Below, piece by piece: positions 11,965-25,079 of a DNA stretch of 64,000 nt. The DNA is from Octopus vulgaris. Taxonomy: Eukaryota. A program made the position numbers and the translations under genes. The stretch spans positions 157,418,001-157,482,000 of the forward strand of contig OX597815.1 of NCBI GenBank assembly GCA_951406725.2, written 5' to 3'. The first letter of the stretch is position 1; each line of letters begins with the position of its first letter. The notes beneath the pieces were generated by a model, which was given only the letters and a program-made list of their open reading frames with translations, had not been told where the DNA came from and ran no database searches.

Positions 11965-13010
11965 ATGGATGGGTGGTTAAGAAGCTCGCTTCACAGCTAC
12001 ATGGTTCCAGGTTCAATTTCAATTCGCGGCACCAAGAGCAAGCATTTTTTGCCATAATCCCGAATTAACCAGTACATTCTGACTGGAATTATATATTATA
12101 ATATAGGTGCAGGCATCACTGCGTTTGCTTTTCAACCCCGTGGTTTCGAGTTCAGTCACACTGTGGGGTGCTATGGGTAAGGTCATCTATCATAGCTCCG
12201 GGTTGAGTGAATTTTGTAGACGGAAAGTGCGTGGAAGCCCGTCGATTGTGTGTTTTTGTCTTTGCATTTAACCCTACACTGCTTGAAAACTGGTGTTGGT
12301 TTATTGAACTCCCCTTTACTTAGCGGTTCGTCATAAATGACTCATAGAATATGTGCCAAACTTGAATATAAGTACTGAGGTCGATTTTTTCGTCTAAATC
12401 CTTCAATGCGGTGCCATCCAATAACTGAAACGAGTAAAAGTTAAAAGATAATATATGTGCGTTTGTGTACTCATGATTTCAGTCGTTGGATTACGACCAT
12501 GCTGGAGCACTATTAGTCGGTTTGTTTATTCCAAACCCAATATTATTTCAAATTAATACTTATTTATCAATCACCATTTGTCGAAATGCTAATTTACATG
12601 GCATAAAGGGACATTACATAAACAACACCGGTTTTTAGGCACACAGGCAGACGGAAGGACGGATGGACAGAAAGACAGACAGGCAGACAGACAGGCGGAC
12701 GGACGGACGGACGGACGGACGGACTGAGAGACAGACAGATAGACAGATATGCTTGTATATGTTTATGTGAGTGCGTGTTTTTGTCTTCACTTTTCTATTT
12801 CGCTTGACAACCGGTGTTGGTTTGTTTAAGTTTCCATACTTACGGGAAGTTCGTCAGAGAGGACGATAGACTTTTAAAAAGTACCAAACTTCAGAAAAAA
12901 AATAAGTACTGATGTTGGTTTGATCTAATAAGCACTTTAATGTGGTACCCCAGTATGGCCGCAGTACAATGAACGAAAGAAAAAAAAATATTAAAGGATG
13001 AAAGAATAGA
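11965..13010. mobile_element. Cluster of old SINE family A fragments in both orientations, with (GACA/GACG)n
   Basis: Recognisable family A pieces at about 11965-12070 (+), 12105-12450 (+), 12475-12635 (-) and 12800-13010 (+). Confidence 0.7.
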
Positions 13011-14272
13011 AGAATGTATTTTTCCTTTTATCCGCTCGTTGAGTTCCAACTGATGTATTTATATTTTCTAATATTGAACCCGCTATCCATTTCATAAACT
13101 AATGCTTGCAACAAGAGGGATTTTAATTTGCGTCTTGAGAACTTCCTTTTATCTACTATGCCTTGATTATGTCAACCAATTTCCAATCAAAAGATATTAA
13201 TCAATCCGAGGCTATAACAGGATCAAAGGGCCGTACAATCGGATCAAATCTAGAATCACGTGGTTGCAAAATGCTTTTTCTTCATCACACAACAATTCCT
13301 GCGTGTAATAAAACGTTTTATGAACTACTAAGTATAGAAGTCCAGCTCTTACGCATAGACACCCATGATCATGCGTGCATGCGTGCACATGCGTGCGTGT
13401 GTGCATATGTGTGTGTGTGTGCGTGTGTATATGTGTGTGCGTAAGTACTTGAAATTCAGCCATATACATATGCACACATGCTCTGCATATTACAACAAGA
13501 AATGGCTCTGATGAAAGTAGCATTAATTTTCTTAGGTCGTTCAATGTATGTGTACCTATTCCTACGTATAAATGTATATTATGTTTGTATATTGTGTATA
13601 TGCATGTGTGAATGTATGTGTGTATGGAGAGAGAGAGAATGGCTTTGTATTTGATTTGCAAGATTTTCGATGCGAAGTCAAGGCTTACAACAAATATTTT
13701 TTTCGCTTTGGTAGGGTCATGTTGCCAATAAAAAGACATGCACCATTTATATTTCACTTCAGTTTTGTCAATTAACTAGAAAAATATGTAATTAGTTAGT
13801 GAATTAATAGATTAATTGATTATTAGTTTCTTTAACGTGCTTTCGTCACAGCATATGACCTTATTGATGACAATAAACCCTCTTTCTTAGACCTTTACAA
13901 ATCATTTGATTCGTTTATTAATTACTTTACAATTCAGTTAACTACTTGTATAATTGATTAAATTATATATACTTGTATAATTGTATAAAACTGAATCGAA
14001 ATACAGTCAATGTGTGTATCTTATTGGCAACATGACCTATTCAATGTACAAAGCAAAATAACGTAAACTTTAACCAAGTTAGCAAGTCGCTGAAAGACAC
14101 CGCGTTCTGTTATTTCGAAACAAAAAGAAATATTCAACAGCTTCATTTCATAAAGAATGCAACTCCTCCAAATACAAACTCCGTCGGTGCAACAATAGTA
14201 AAACGCAGCCTAACAGAACACCAAGCTTAAAATTTTAACTATAAAGTAATATCAACTATAGGAAGGAAAATT

Positions 14273-14465
14273 TATCTTTTATTGTTTTTACTTGTTTCAG
14301 TCATTAAATTGCGGTCATGCTGGGTACTACCTTGACGTGTTTAGTTGAACAAATCGACCCCATTTCTTACAGTTTTTTTTTTAAGTTTGAGATTTATTTC
14401 TGTTACGGGGGGGGGGCGTAAACGAACTAACACCGGTTGACAAGTGATGAGAGAACACAAACACA

Positions 14466-14511
<46 letters not shown>

Positions 14512-14944
14512 TGTGTTTATATATAAGAAGGTGGTAAGCTGGCAGAAACGTTAGCACGCCGGGCGAAATGCGTAGGCGTATTTCGTCTGCCGTTACGTTC
14601 TGAGTTCAAATTCCACCGAGGTCGACTTTGCCTTTCATCCTTTCGGGGTCGATAAATTAAGTACCAGTTACGCACTGGTGTCGATGTAATCGACTTAATC
14701 CTTTTGTCTGTCCTTGTTTGTCCCCTCTATGTTTAGCCCCTTGTGGGCAGTAAAGAAATATATGTGTGTGTGTGTGCGCGCGCGCATGCGTATGTGTGTG
14801 TGTATATGCTTTTAGTTTCTGTCCACCAAAATTCGCTTACAGCGTTGTAATAGAAGACACTTGCCCAAGGTGCCCGCTGTTGGACTGAACCCGAAAGCAG
14901 GCGGCTGCAAAGCGAGCTTCATAACCATATAGCCATGCCTGCAC
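14273..14944 (-). mobile_element. SINE family A copy interrupted by a nested family B SINE
   Basis: The 3' half (14273-14460) and 5' half (14805-14944) of an antisense family A copy flank a microsatellite and a family B copy. Confidence 0.85.
14530..14760 (+). mobile_element. tRNA-derived SINE family B (Meta-like centre)
   Basis: CTGGCAGAAACGTTAGC head, B box GAGTTCAAATTCC, centre GTCGACTTTGCCTTTCATCCTTTCGGGGTCGATAAATTAAGTACCAG, tail GCCCCTTGTGGGCAGTAAAGAAAT. Confidence 0.9.
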
Positions 14945-15759
14945 TTACACATAGATTTAGAAACATGAAGGGTGAAAAAGGGGTCTCTACTACACGAAAT
15001 GCAAACATCCTCGCACGATTAAAGGAAACAACACACCTGGATGTTATCCAATAAGAATGTCGATATATAAACCTACACCTGTAACTGACACTTCAAAAAT
15101 AAACTGAGTGGAACAACATCAGCAGCGACAAGAACAACATCAGTCAACGAGAAGTAGAAACAAAATAGCCTAATAGCATAGATGGAATTGTGTTTGATCG
15201 AACACTAATTCAAAATTTTAACACAGGCAACCAGAGAATACGGTGCAAACAAATTAACTGGACATAGAAGAAATAGCTAGTCTTTCTTAAATTGGTACCG
15301 AAATACGCCACCTTTAAGGTGAGAAGAATTAATTGACTGCTTGAAATTGAAAATGGCTTTCAGAAAAGTTAGATGGCAGCTAGCGGAGTAACAGTAACAA
15401 CGATAATATAACAATTATAGTAAAAATAACAACTCTTGCTACATAAGTTGCGACAACAACAGAAGCAGTAGCAGTGGTGGTGGTAACAATAAGATCCTTA
15501 ATAAGAACAAAGATATCAACAGTAACAAACACAATTAGTGAAAATAATATTAACAATATCAATTACAACAGAAGTAACAATAAGAACCTCGTTGAGAATA
15601 ACGAGAGAAATAAAAACAACAGCACACCACAGAACACCAACAACGAACAGAAACAACAATAGCACACTAGTTCTCCTTTCACCACAAATACTAATTGCTC
15701 TAACAACAATTCTAACCCTAACCTTAACCGTAACAGAAAACCACCTACAATGAAAACGG

Positions 15760-15833
15760 TGGTGGTAGTAATAGGAGTAGGAGCTGTGGTGGTGGTGGTT
15801 GTAGTGGTGGTGGTGGTGGTGGTGATGGTGGTG

Positions 15834-15912
<79 letters not shown>

Positions 15913-15931
15913 CAGCAGCAGCAGCAGAAGC

Positions 15932-15998
<67 letters not shown>
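15760..15998. repeat. Compound (GTG)n/(GTA)n/(GCA)n microsatellite
   Basis: Directly visible; it produces the poly-V and poly-T ORFs. Confidence 0.97.
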
Positions 15999-17780
15999 AC
16001 CTCTTTAACTCCCTTTTCTTTAAACCCCTCCGACATGAAATGTATACATTTCTCTAAACTATGGTTCAATAAAAGTGTCTACCTCCCACCAAAGGCAAAT
16101 GATGAAACTGACGAAATATTTTCATTAGCTCGAACGAAACTTCTATGGGCGAACGAACGAATGATCATAGGAATGAATGAATGAATGAATGAATATTCCT
16201 ATCTTCGTGATGGCGGGAACGGAGGACTCAGACAGAACCCCGCCGTTCTTCGATTCGTTACGCCTTCACGCTTTCTTTATGATGAACAGGGTAGATGGAA
16301 ACCGAATTCTCTTCTGATTTACTGTTGCAGTTAACGCCCAGAGCCTTCACCACTTCGCAGACACTGAAGATAGTGAGAGGTTATGCTCGAAGTGGTCCTT
16401 CTCCTTGTCTGGTTGCCTTCCAAAGAAGCGGAATTCAGACTGGCAGCCCAGTAATCCTAGGACATGCTTTAGCAAAAGGTGAATGGGGCTTCTCTCTCAG
16501 TAATTTTACAGTACAACGGACATTAACTCAGAATTTTCGGTGATCCCACGTTGGATAAGTATTTATGCTGTTCTGATATGGAAGGAAGCTGAAACAGAGA
16601 ACTAAAAATATTAGAGAAAGAGTAAGCTTCCCCATGGGTAAGTCCCATAGAATGTCAATGATAATGATATTATTAGCTGAAAACTGAAGAGAGAGGTCGG
16701 ACACCACAAGAGCATTAAAAAATACTAGAGGCTGAATTTGAATGCACAACTCCCTGAACAGAAAGTAAAACGAATAACAACAATCCTGCCAACAACAACA
16801 CAACCTAGGCATAAGTAATCCCAACACCACTACAATAACCTAGACAAGTAAAAAGCTCTTTAATACCAATGTGAGAATGTAGTGCAACATACATTCTCAA
16901 TCGAAAATGCAGACTGCTGATAACTTCAAGGCAATGACAATGAAATATCATAAATCTACAACGGATCTCCTTGGTAGAGTTATAAACTCGACCGGTTAGG
17001 TGAGCTAACATCTCCCGCAGCATTAGGTTATCTTACTTGCTTTCAATGATCTCGAACCTGCTATTGGAGATATCTTCAAACATCTGCAATAATACAAACT
17101 CCTCAGTAGGCTCAATGACTACAAACACGATTATGACTTCACAGATTGGAAAACAAGTAACCTGGTAGTATTATTCCTATATCCATCAGTCAACATTGAA
17201 TTGACTGTTAAAAATTACGTAAAGGCGCTTTTCGAGAGTGATGTAGTATTATATGCTGTTTGTAGCAACATACTAGGATTTCCCCCTAAATTGACATATT
17301 ACAATGTCTATTCTATGTGTGTGATAAAGAGGTGGAAGCCATTGGTGTCAGTTTATTCGGTGACGTATCCAAACTTTTTATGGTATAGGGTACTAAAGAT
17401 TTACGCAGCACCTAGCAAAAATATCACTACCATGATTATACTCTCCAGATATGTCAAGGACATAAATATTGTATTGAAAGTACCCAAAACATATATAGAA
17501 GAAACAGCGTGTAACATAGAAATCTGAGAACAACGAAAAAAAATCAACATTAGTAATCTAGCAACACGCTAAAGATAAAGATGGTTAGTAAAACAACATC
17601 GCAGTATAAATCCCTTTTAGGAGAAAATTATAAACAACTTATAAATAAGAGCAAAAAGAAAAATTCCTATACCAAATATGCCGAGAAATAGACTTTAAAT
17701 CGTCAATAACCACATATAATTCATCACTAAAAGCACGTATCTCGAAGCAAGCTGACAGAAATTTCTTTAAAATTCCGTTA

Positions 17781-17841
17781 TTACCGAATTGGTCCGATTT
17801 CTAAGTTAATTCATAAAGAATTTTCTCGTCATCAGCGGTAA
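17781..17841 (-). ncRNA. Type I hammerhead motif, left-arm copy
   Basis: ttaccg-CTGATGA-c-gagaaaattc-tttat-gaattaactt-a-GAAA-tcggaccaa-TT-cggtaa. Confidence 0.6.
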
Positions 17842-17945
17842 ATGCGTTAACAAAATAAACAAAATTCTTACTTGCACACATGGAACAAGCAAACCCAAAG
17901 CCATAAGTACACTTAAATAAGCATTTCATTTATTTCTTAACGTAT

Positions 17946-18005
17946 TTACCGCTGATGACGAGAGAATTTTTATGAATTAACTCAGAAATCGGACCGTTTT
18001 GGTAA
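17946..18005 (+). ncRNA. Type I hammerhead motif, right-arm copy
   Basis: ttaccg-CTGATGA-c-gagagaattt..gaattaactc-a-GAAA-tcggaccgt-TT-tggtaa. The two arms together imply a palindromic stem III, ATCGGACCGAT. Confidence 0.6.
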
Positions 18006-18148
18006 TAACGGAATTTTTTAGAAATCTCTATAAGCTTGCTTCGGGCCACGTGCTTATAGTGATGAATTATATGTGGTTATTGACAATTTAAAGTCTATTT
18101 CTCGGCATATTTGGCATAGGAATTTTTTCTTTGCCTTTATTTATAAAT

Positions 18149-18191
<43 letters not shown>

Positions 18192-18856
18192 TCACACATA
18201 CATACACACATACATACATGCATACATGCATACATACATCATCGATAAGATCAGAGACGGTAATGAAAAAAACATTGACAAATTTATTTTACTTATTATT
18301 CATTATTCTACCAATTAATTGATAGTAAAACTGAAGTGATACACATGCAGTACCTGTGTTATTTTTAGCACCATAACCTCTCAAAGTACACCTGGAAACA
18401 GCTATATATCAAATTTACTACAATAACGAAATGTTATGACCATGATTTATGCCATGTTATATGTGTATGTGTGCGTGTGTGTGTGTGTGAGTGTGTTTGT
18501 CTGTGTCTGTGTGTGTGTGTGTGTTTGTCTGTGTCTGTGTGTGTGTGTGTGTGTGTGAATGTTTGTATGTATGTATTTCTGTATGTATATTCACGTGTGT
18601 ATGTGTGTGTGTGTGCGTGCGTGCGTGTGTATGTATATATTCTTATATCTATTCTCTCCATCTGGTCCCAGTAAATATTATATCTCCTCGAGATATAAGA
18701 ATGTTTTGGAACAATACTACTATTGTAAGTTATCACCTGTTCTATATATGTGTGCGTGTGTGTGTGGTATATGCATATATATATAGCCACACACACACAC
18801 ACACACAAACATATATATATATGTCTGTATGTATGTATGTTCATATATATATATGC

Positions 18857-18912
<56 letters not shown>

Positions 18913-18913
<1 letters not shown>

Positions 18914-18974
18914 TGGTCTGATCAATAAGTATCCGGACTGTTGCCATAGTAACGAAGCTAAAGCAAGCAGAGTG
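18913..18974 (+). mobile_element. Solo mariner terminal fragment
   Basis: GGTCTGATCAATAAGTATCCGGACTGTTGCCATAGTAACGAAGC, matching both ends of 44460-45344. Confidence 0.85.
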
Positions 18975-19751
18975 TATGCATGTGTGTATGTATGTATGTA
19001 TGTGTGTATGTATGTATGTATGTATGTATGTATGTATGTATGTATTTGTGTATGTATGATGTATGTATGTATGTATGTATGTATGTATGTATGTATGTAT
19101 CAAGAAGAGAGGGACTGGACTGTTGACAATGGATTGGCAGAGTCATTAGTGTATTGAACAGAATTCCCTATGATATTTCTTCAGCACATTTTCGTTCTGA
19201 GTTCCAATCACGCTGGAGTTAATTTTACTTTCCGTCGTTTTTAGGTCAATTAATATAGTAGTACCCAAGGCCAGCAGAATGACAGAATTGTTAAAATGCC
19301 ATGCCCGAAACATTACAGTATCTGCTTTGTGTCTATAAATTCTTTTTCTACACTTCCAGATCACTGAAGAACCGCAATGCATTTGTCAAGGCTTGAAACA
19401 GTCAGATACTATGAAAAACCAACGGAAACTCTTGCCTTGCTTCAAACAGAAGATCGACAGTGCTACCACCACATGAATTGGTAACATGTATCATGCTTTC
19501 GCTAAAAGTTTTAGGTGCCCATGTAGTCGAGAGCAGACACAGATGTCCTCTCACTCTTGACCCGACGGTACATCCAAGTCTGACAGCTAAGCAAAGAACA
19601 GGCTGCACTAGCACTCAGCCATCAGTCGTTTCAGCTGAGTTGAAATTAAGTGCCTTGTGCAAATAAGTATCACGCCAGCTTGCCCTGGAATCGAACAACA
19701 TTATGAAGATAAACCACACACGTTCACAGCTAGGCCGAGATCCGTTATTTT

Positions 19752-19815
<64 letters not shown>

Positions 19816-20153
19816 ATAAATAGATAGATAGATAGATAGATAGGCATTTATATATATAAGCATGTATATATATATATATATATAAATACTTATATATTTG
19901 TACATGTATTTGCATAAATGCTTATATATGTATTTATATAAATGCTTATATATATGTATGTGTATATATATATGTATATATATATACATACATACATACA
20001 TACATACATACATACATACATACATACATACATACATACATACATACATACATACATGTATGTATGTATATATTATATTGTCCCTCGTTTAATAAATGTC
20101 CCGTTGTTATTCTTAAACTAGATTTTTTTTAAATAAATTTAACGCATATATGT

Positions 20154-20196
<43 letters not shown>

Positions 20197-20330
20197 TGCG
20201 CGCGTGTGTATGTGCGTGTAGCGGGGCGAGTGTGCTGGAGTGAGTGTATTTTTCCGTAATCATTATATACCCACACACACGTAAACAGATATGTTTACAT
20301 TGTGTATATATGTATATCCCTGTTTGTGTA

Positions 20331-20366
<36 letters not shown>

Positions 20367-20430
20367 TGTTTGTGTGTGTGTGTGTGTATGTATGTGTGTG
20401 TGTGTGTGTGAGAGTGTGAATGCGCGCGCG
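19752..20430. repeat. (GATA)n, (TACA)n and (GT)n microsatellite cluster
   Basis: Directly visible. Confidence 0.95.
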
Positions 20431-20944
20431 CTCTGAGTACTATTGGTAGTGTGATAGCCTGTTACATAGTCTTGACTAAACTGTTACCCGATCAGACCAG
20501 CTTTACGAGGAAGGTTTAAGAAACACAACAGTTAAAAACAACTCTGAAAATAACGAATGAACTCAGCATAGAATCAAAAACTATGTAATGATAAGTACAT
20601 GGAGACATAGAAATATTCAAGTTGTTGAACGTGTGTACTGTAAAGCCATGTACGGAACGATGAATCCCTGATTCTTTTCAGAATTTAAAAAAAAAATTTT
20701 TATGCGCATTTTTCAAGACAAGCCAGTTTCCGTGGCGTATGTGATCCCCCAAGCTGGACGGGACATCAGTCCATCACAGCGTTACTCAAGAAACGGAAAA
20801 AGAGAGTGAGAGAAAGTTGGAGCGAAAGAGTACAGCAGGTTTAACTTTGGTGATGACAGTTCTATGCTTTCAATCGGTGCATCTTTTGCTGCTGTTTTTA
20901 ACCAGTTTTTAACCAGATATAAGTTGACTTCTACCAAGCATGTG

Positions 20945-21325
20945 CGTTAGCACGCCGAGCGAAATGCTTAGCGGTATTTCGTCTGCCGTTACGTTCTGAG
21001 TTCAAATTCCGCCGAGGTCGACTTTCCCTTTCGTCATTTCTGGGTCGATTAAATTAGTACCAGTTACGCACAGGGGTCGATATAATCGACTTAATCCGTT
21101 TGTCTGTCCTTGTTTGTCCTCTCTGTGTGTAGCCCCTTGTGGGTAGTAAAGAAATAGGTATTTTGTCTGTCTTTACGTTCTGAGTTCAAATTCCCCCGAG
21201 GTCGACTTTACCTTTCATCCTTTCGGGGTCGATAAATTAAGTACCAGTTACGCACTGGGGTCGATGTTATCGACTTAATCCCTTGTCTGTCCATGTTTAT
21301 CCCGTTGTGGGCAATAAAGAAATAA
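20945..21325 (+). mobile_element. Head-to-tail dimer of 5'-truncated family B SINEs
   Basis: Unit 1 (20945-21156) ends TAAAGAAAT. Unit 2 starts immediately at GGTATTTTGTCTG and ends AATAAAGAAAT. Confidence 0.9.
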
Positions 21326-21329
21326 GATA

Positions 21330-21390
<61 letters not shown>

Positions 21391-21714
21391 TTTTATATAT
21401 ATATATATATATAAAAGTATACACGTATATATATATATAGATATTCTCCCACCAAGCTCTCTATTCCCTACTCCAAATTCCTCCGTCTGCGCGGGTTCTG
21501 CAGTGACAACCATGACTTTAAGACTCAGTCTCAACTCATGGCTCAGCAACTGAATTGTGTTTAATTTCGTTTATTGTCGCTGAGACATCAAGGGCGCCAA
21601 ACGTTATATCTGATATAGTATGTTGGGGGGTTGACATCTCTAATACAGCCTAGATCGGCCATATCGGGATTGCTGAAGTTAGCAGTATTGTTTCTGGAGT
21701 ATCTTACTTACAGT

Positions 21715-22026
21715 CTATGAATTATCATGAAGAGTACCATTTTCATCAAATATGGGACTGATAGTTGAGACAATGACCTTGTGATTTTTCGCAAAAGAGA
21801 ACACTTTGGGGTTGAGTTTGATTTTCTCAATGGCCCATTTCTTCTTAGTTGTTCTTTGGTTGTTGATGATGGTCTTCATGCGTTGTTGAAGGTTATATAT
21901 TTTTGATTCGAGCAGGGCGATATCCGTCGAATATATCTGCTGTTGACAGTATTTTAGGTTGTTGATTTTTTTGTTTGCTCTTCTTATTTTTATGATGATA
22001 GTTTTTCTATTTTGGGGATTCCACAC
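21715..22026 (-). mobile_element. CR1-like LINE ORF2 linker fragment
   Basis: KKWAIEKIKLNPKVFSFAK..STISPIFDENGTLHD, the iK.NPK.F..y...iGPl.d..G pattern between the endonuclease and RT. Confidence 0.65.
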
Positions 22027-22036
22027 TTAGTTTTGT

Positions 22037-22130
<94 letters not shown>

Positions 22131-22574
22131 CGAACACACGTGTGTGTGTGTGTATATATACAGAGGTAAAGACAGATGGTTCTTAAATGTTACGAAGTAA
22201 TCTTCTATGAATACATTAATAAAATTCTACTGATAAAGCTGTCGTAAATTGTATACACATTTGTGTTTACCTTTTTACCTACGCCATACCAAGGACGAAC
22301 CCCAGAGTCGGATTTACTGTTTATATTGAATTTGATACTTGCATATCTACAATATTCAAACTCTTGATGCGTTCAATGTTGTTTACCCGACTGTGAGCTT
22401 TGTTATCGTATGTAGCCATTCTGGCCTCCTATTTGTTGATATATATCTTTACAATCAAATGAGTTCAATCCTGCTTTACAACAAGAAGCAGATAATGGTT
22501 GATATTTCAATAATTAGAATGAAATATGAGTTAGTAACAACATAATTGAGCAAAACACTAGAATATTGTGATCA

Positions 22575-22990
22575 GGCGCAGGAGTAGCTGTGTGGTAAGT
22601 AGCTTGCTAACCGACCACATGGTTTCGGGTTCAGTCCCACTGCGTGGCATCATGGTAAGTGTCTTCTGCTATAGCCTCGGGCCGACCAATGCTTTGTGAG
22701 TGGATTTGGTAGATGGAAATGGAAAGAAGCCCGTCGTATATATGTATATATATATGTGTGTGTGTGAGTTTGTGTGTCTGTGTGTCCCCCCCCCCCAGCA
22801 TTGCTTGACAACCGATGCTGGTGTGTTTATGTCCCCGTTACTTAGCGGTTCGGCAAAAGAGACCGATAGAATAAGTACTGGGCTTACAAAAGAATAAGTC
22901 CCGGGGTCGAGTTGCTCGATTGAAGGCGGTGCTCCAGCATGGCCGCAGTCAAATGACTGAAACAAGTAAAAGAGTAAAAGAGTAAAAGAG
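22575..22990 (+). mobile_element. Full-length SINE family A
   Basis: GGCGCAGGAGTAGCTGTGTGG (A box), GGTTCAGTCCC (B box), internal (TA)/(GT) tract, (GTAAAAGA)n tail. Confidence 0.95.
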
Positions 22991-23468
22991 TATCTTATAG
23001 TTACAAACCAACAACGAATTTCTATGTAGTCCCTTTGCCTACTGAAAACTACAGTCGAATGTAACTTCACTTCATACTCTACCGCCTTTCAAAAGAAAAA
23101 CCTATTGCACAATGAAGTCCTATGTATACAAAAAGAAGTGCTGATCACAGGAGAAACAATTTTATTACTAGTCTACTCGATCAGAGATGATCGAGAGTTA
23201 AATATTAACATAACAACAATTTGTGGTGACATACATCGTCAAAGACCAATTCCCGTCAATTCTTCTCTAACGAGGATCTCTAGTGGAAGCTTCAAAATGT
23301 TCTTTTGGTTTTGTTTTCTATTTTTGTTTGTTGTTTTTTTTTTCCGACACACGTAAATCAAATATATAATGCATACATTTAATTGCTAAACTACCAATAA
23401 ATACCATCTCTTTAAAATGCTCCTTCACGGGGAAATCCGCGTCGCAGAATTGACTGTACAAGTATATA

Positions 23469-23680
23469 CTCTTACTCTTTTACTCTTTTACTTGTTTCAG
23501 TCATTTGACTGTGGCCATGCTGGAGCACCGCCTTTAGTCGAGCAAATCGACCCCAGGACTTATTCTTTGTAAGCCTAGTACTTATTCCATCGGTCTCTTA
23601 TGCTGAACCGCTAAGTTACGGGGACGTAAACACACCAGCATCGGTTGTCAAGCGATGTTGTGGGGACAAACACAGACACA

Positions 23681-23744
<64 letters not shown>

Positions 23745-23915
23745 CTTTTATACGATGGGCTTCTTTCAGTTTCCGGCTACCAAATCCCCTCACAAGGCTT
23801 TGGTCGACCCGAGACTATAGTAGAAGACACTTGCCCAAGGTGCCACGCAGTGGGACTGAACTCGGAACCATGTGGTTGGTAAGCAAGCTACTTACCACAC
23901 AGCCACTCCTGCGCC
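23469..23915 (-). mobile_element. Full-length SINE family A, antisense
   Basis: Reverse complement of the family A sequence from head to tail. Confidence 0.95.
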
Positions 23916-24186
23916 AATGTCCAAATTGTGTATCTTAGTTCTTTCCGGTGATTTTTTTTTCATATGGAAGCATCTCTTTCATATAACATATGGATGGACT
24001 TAACAGATTTTTGCAATGCATTTTAAGTGAAAAGAGACATGTTGTGATAAAAGTTGTGATAAAAGATAGTTGTGATAAAAGATGCAGATGATCAATGAAG
24101 CTGAGTCATTTTCGTTTCATAGCTCATGAACAAGCAATGGTCATCAATGATTGTATGTGTGTGCGTGTTTGTATATATATATATAC

Positions 24187-24290
<104 letters not shown>

Positions 24291-24519
24291 CTGTGTATGT
24301 ATGTATGGATGTGTGTATGTATAAAGATATGCCTGTGTGTACGCGTATGTGAACTGCTTATCGGGAGACATTATGTTTGGATATAAATTACTCATAAAGT
24401 ATTTATTACGTGTACTAAAACCGAGTCCGTAATAGCTGCTAACTGTAGTAGCCGCATGATTCTCGGAACCCATATCTTTTAGTACTTATTTATCTTTATA
24501 TATATACATATATATATAA

Positions 24520-24912
24520 CTAGCAGTATCGCCCGGCGTTGCTCGGGTTTGTAAGGGAAATAATTATATAAGCATTTTTAGAGATGTAAAGTATAATAGC
24601 CATCTCAATATGGCTAACCACAAAGGGGGAGGGATGTTACCGTAGCTTTTTACGTTCTGAGATTTAATAATAAATTTTAGAGAGTTACTTCCCTTATATA
24701 TGTCAAAAATGGATTAAAAATGGGAAAAATTGATGGTAAATTTTTTTTTAAATCGTAGACTCATCGTAGACGCGCGCTAATACCCAGACGGTATCGATAT
24801 GAATCACGACTAAGATACCCGGTATTGGTTAAACTGCACCGCAAAATGTGGGAGTAGTTAGGAATCTAAATCGTAGGAGACAGACACACAACCTCACTTT
24901 TATATATAAAGA
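24520..24912 (-). mobile_element. Non-autonomous Helitron, about 390 bp
   Basis: On the minus strand it starts A|TCTTTATATATAAAAG and ends with hairpin CCCGAGCAACGCCGGG followed by CGATACTGCTAG|T. It is inserted between A and T. Confidence 0.85.
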
Positions 24913-25079
24913 TTTCCTCTATTTACATAATATTGAGGTCTCTTTCTTTCTTTTGTTATCTTACTGTTTTTACCAATATACATATATATATATATATATA
25001 TAAATATATATATAGTTACAGAGATGTACTTGCATAGCAAGTGACTTGATCTGAGATCGTGTGCTGGAACGAAAACAGT

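Larger units (their letters stand above)
17639..18146. repeat. Long imperfect palindrome (arms about 220 bp, spacer about 65 bp), probably an inverted PLE pseudo-LTR pair
   Basis: 17639-17859 is the reverse complement of about 17926-18146. Each arm has an HHR motif. The right end abuts (TA)n. Confidence 0.9.

Noticed and set aside
13503-13540. CTGATGA occurrence
   Set aside because: No stem II or GAAA..UH follows.
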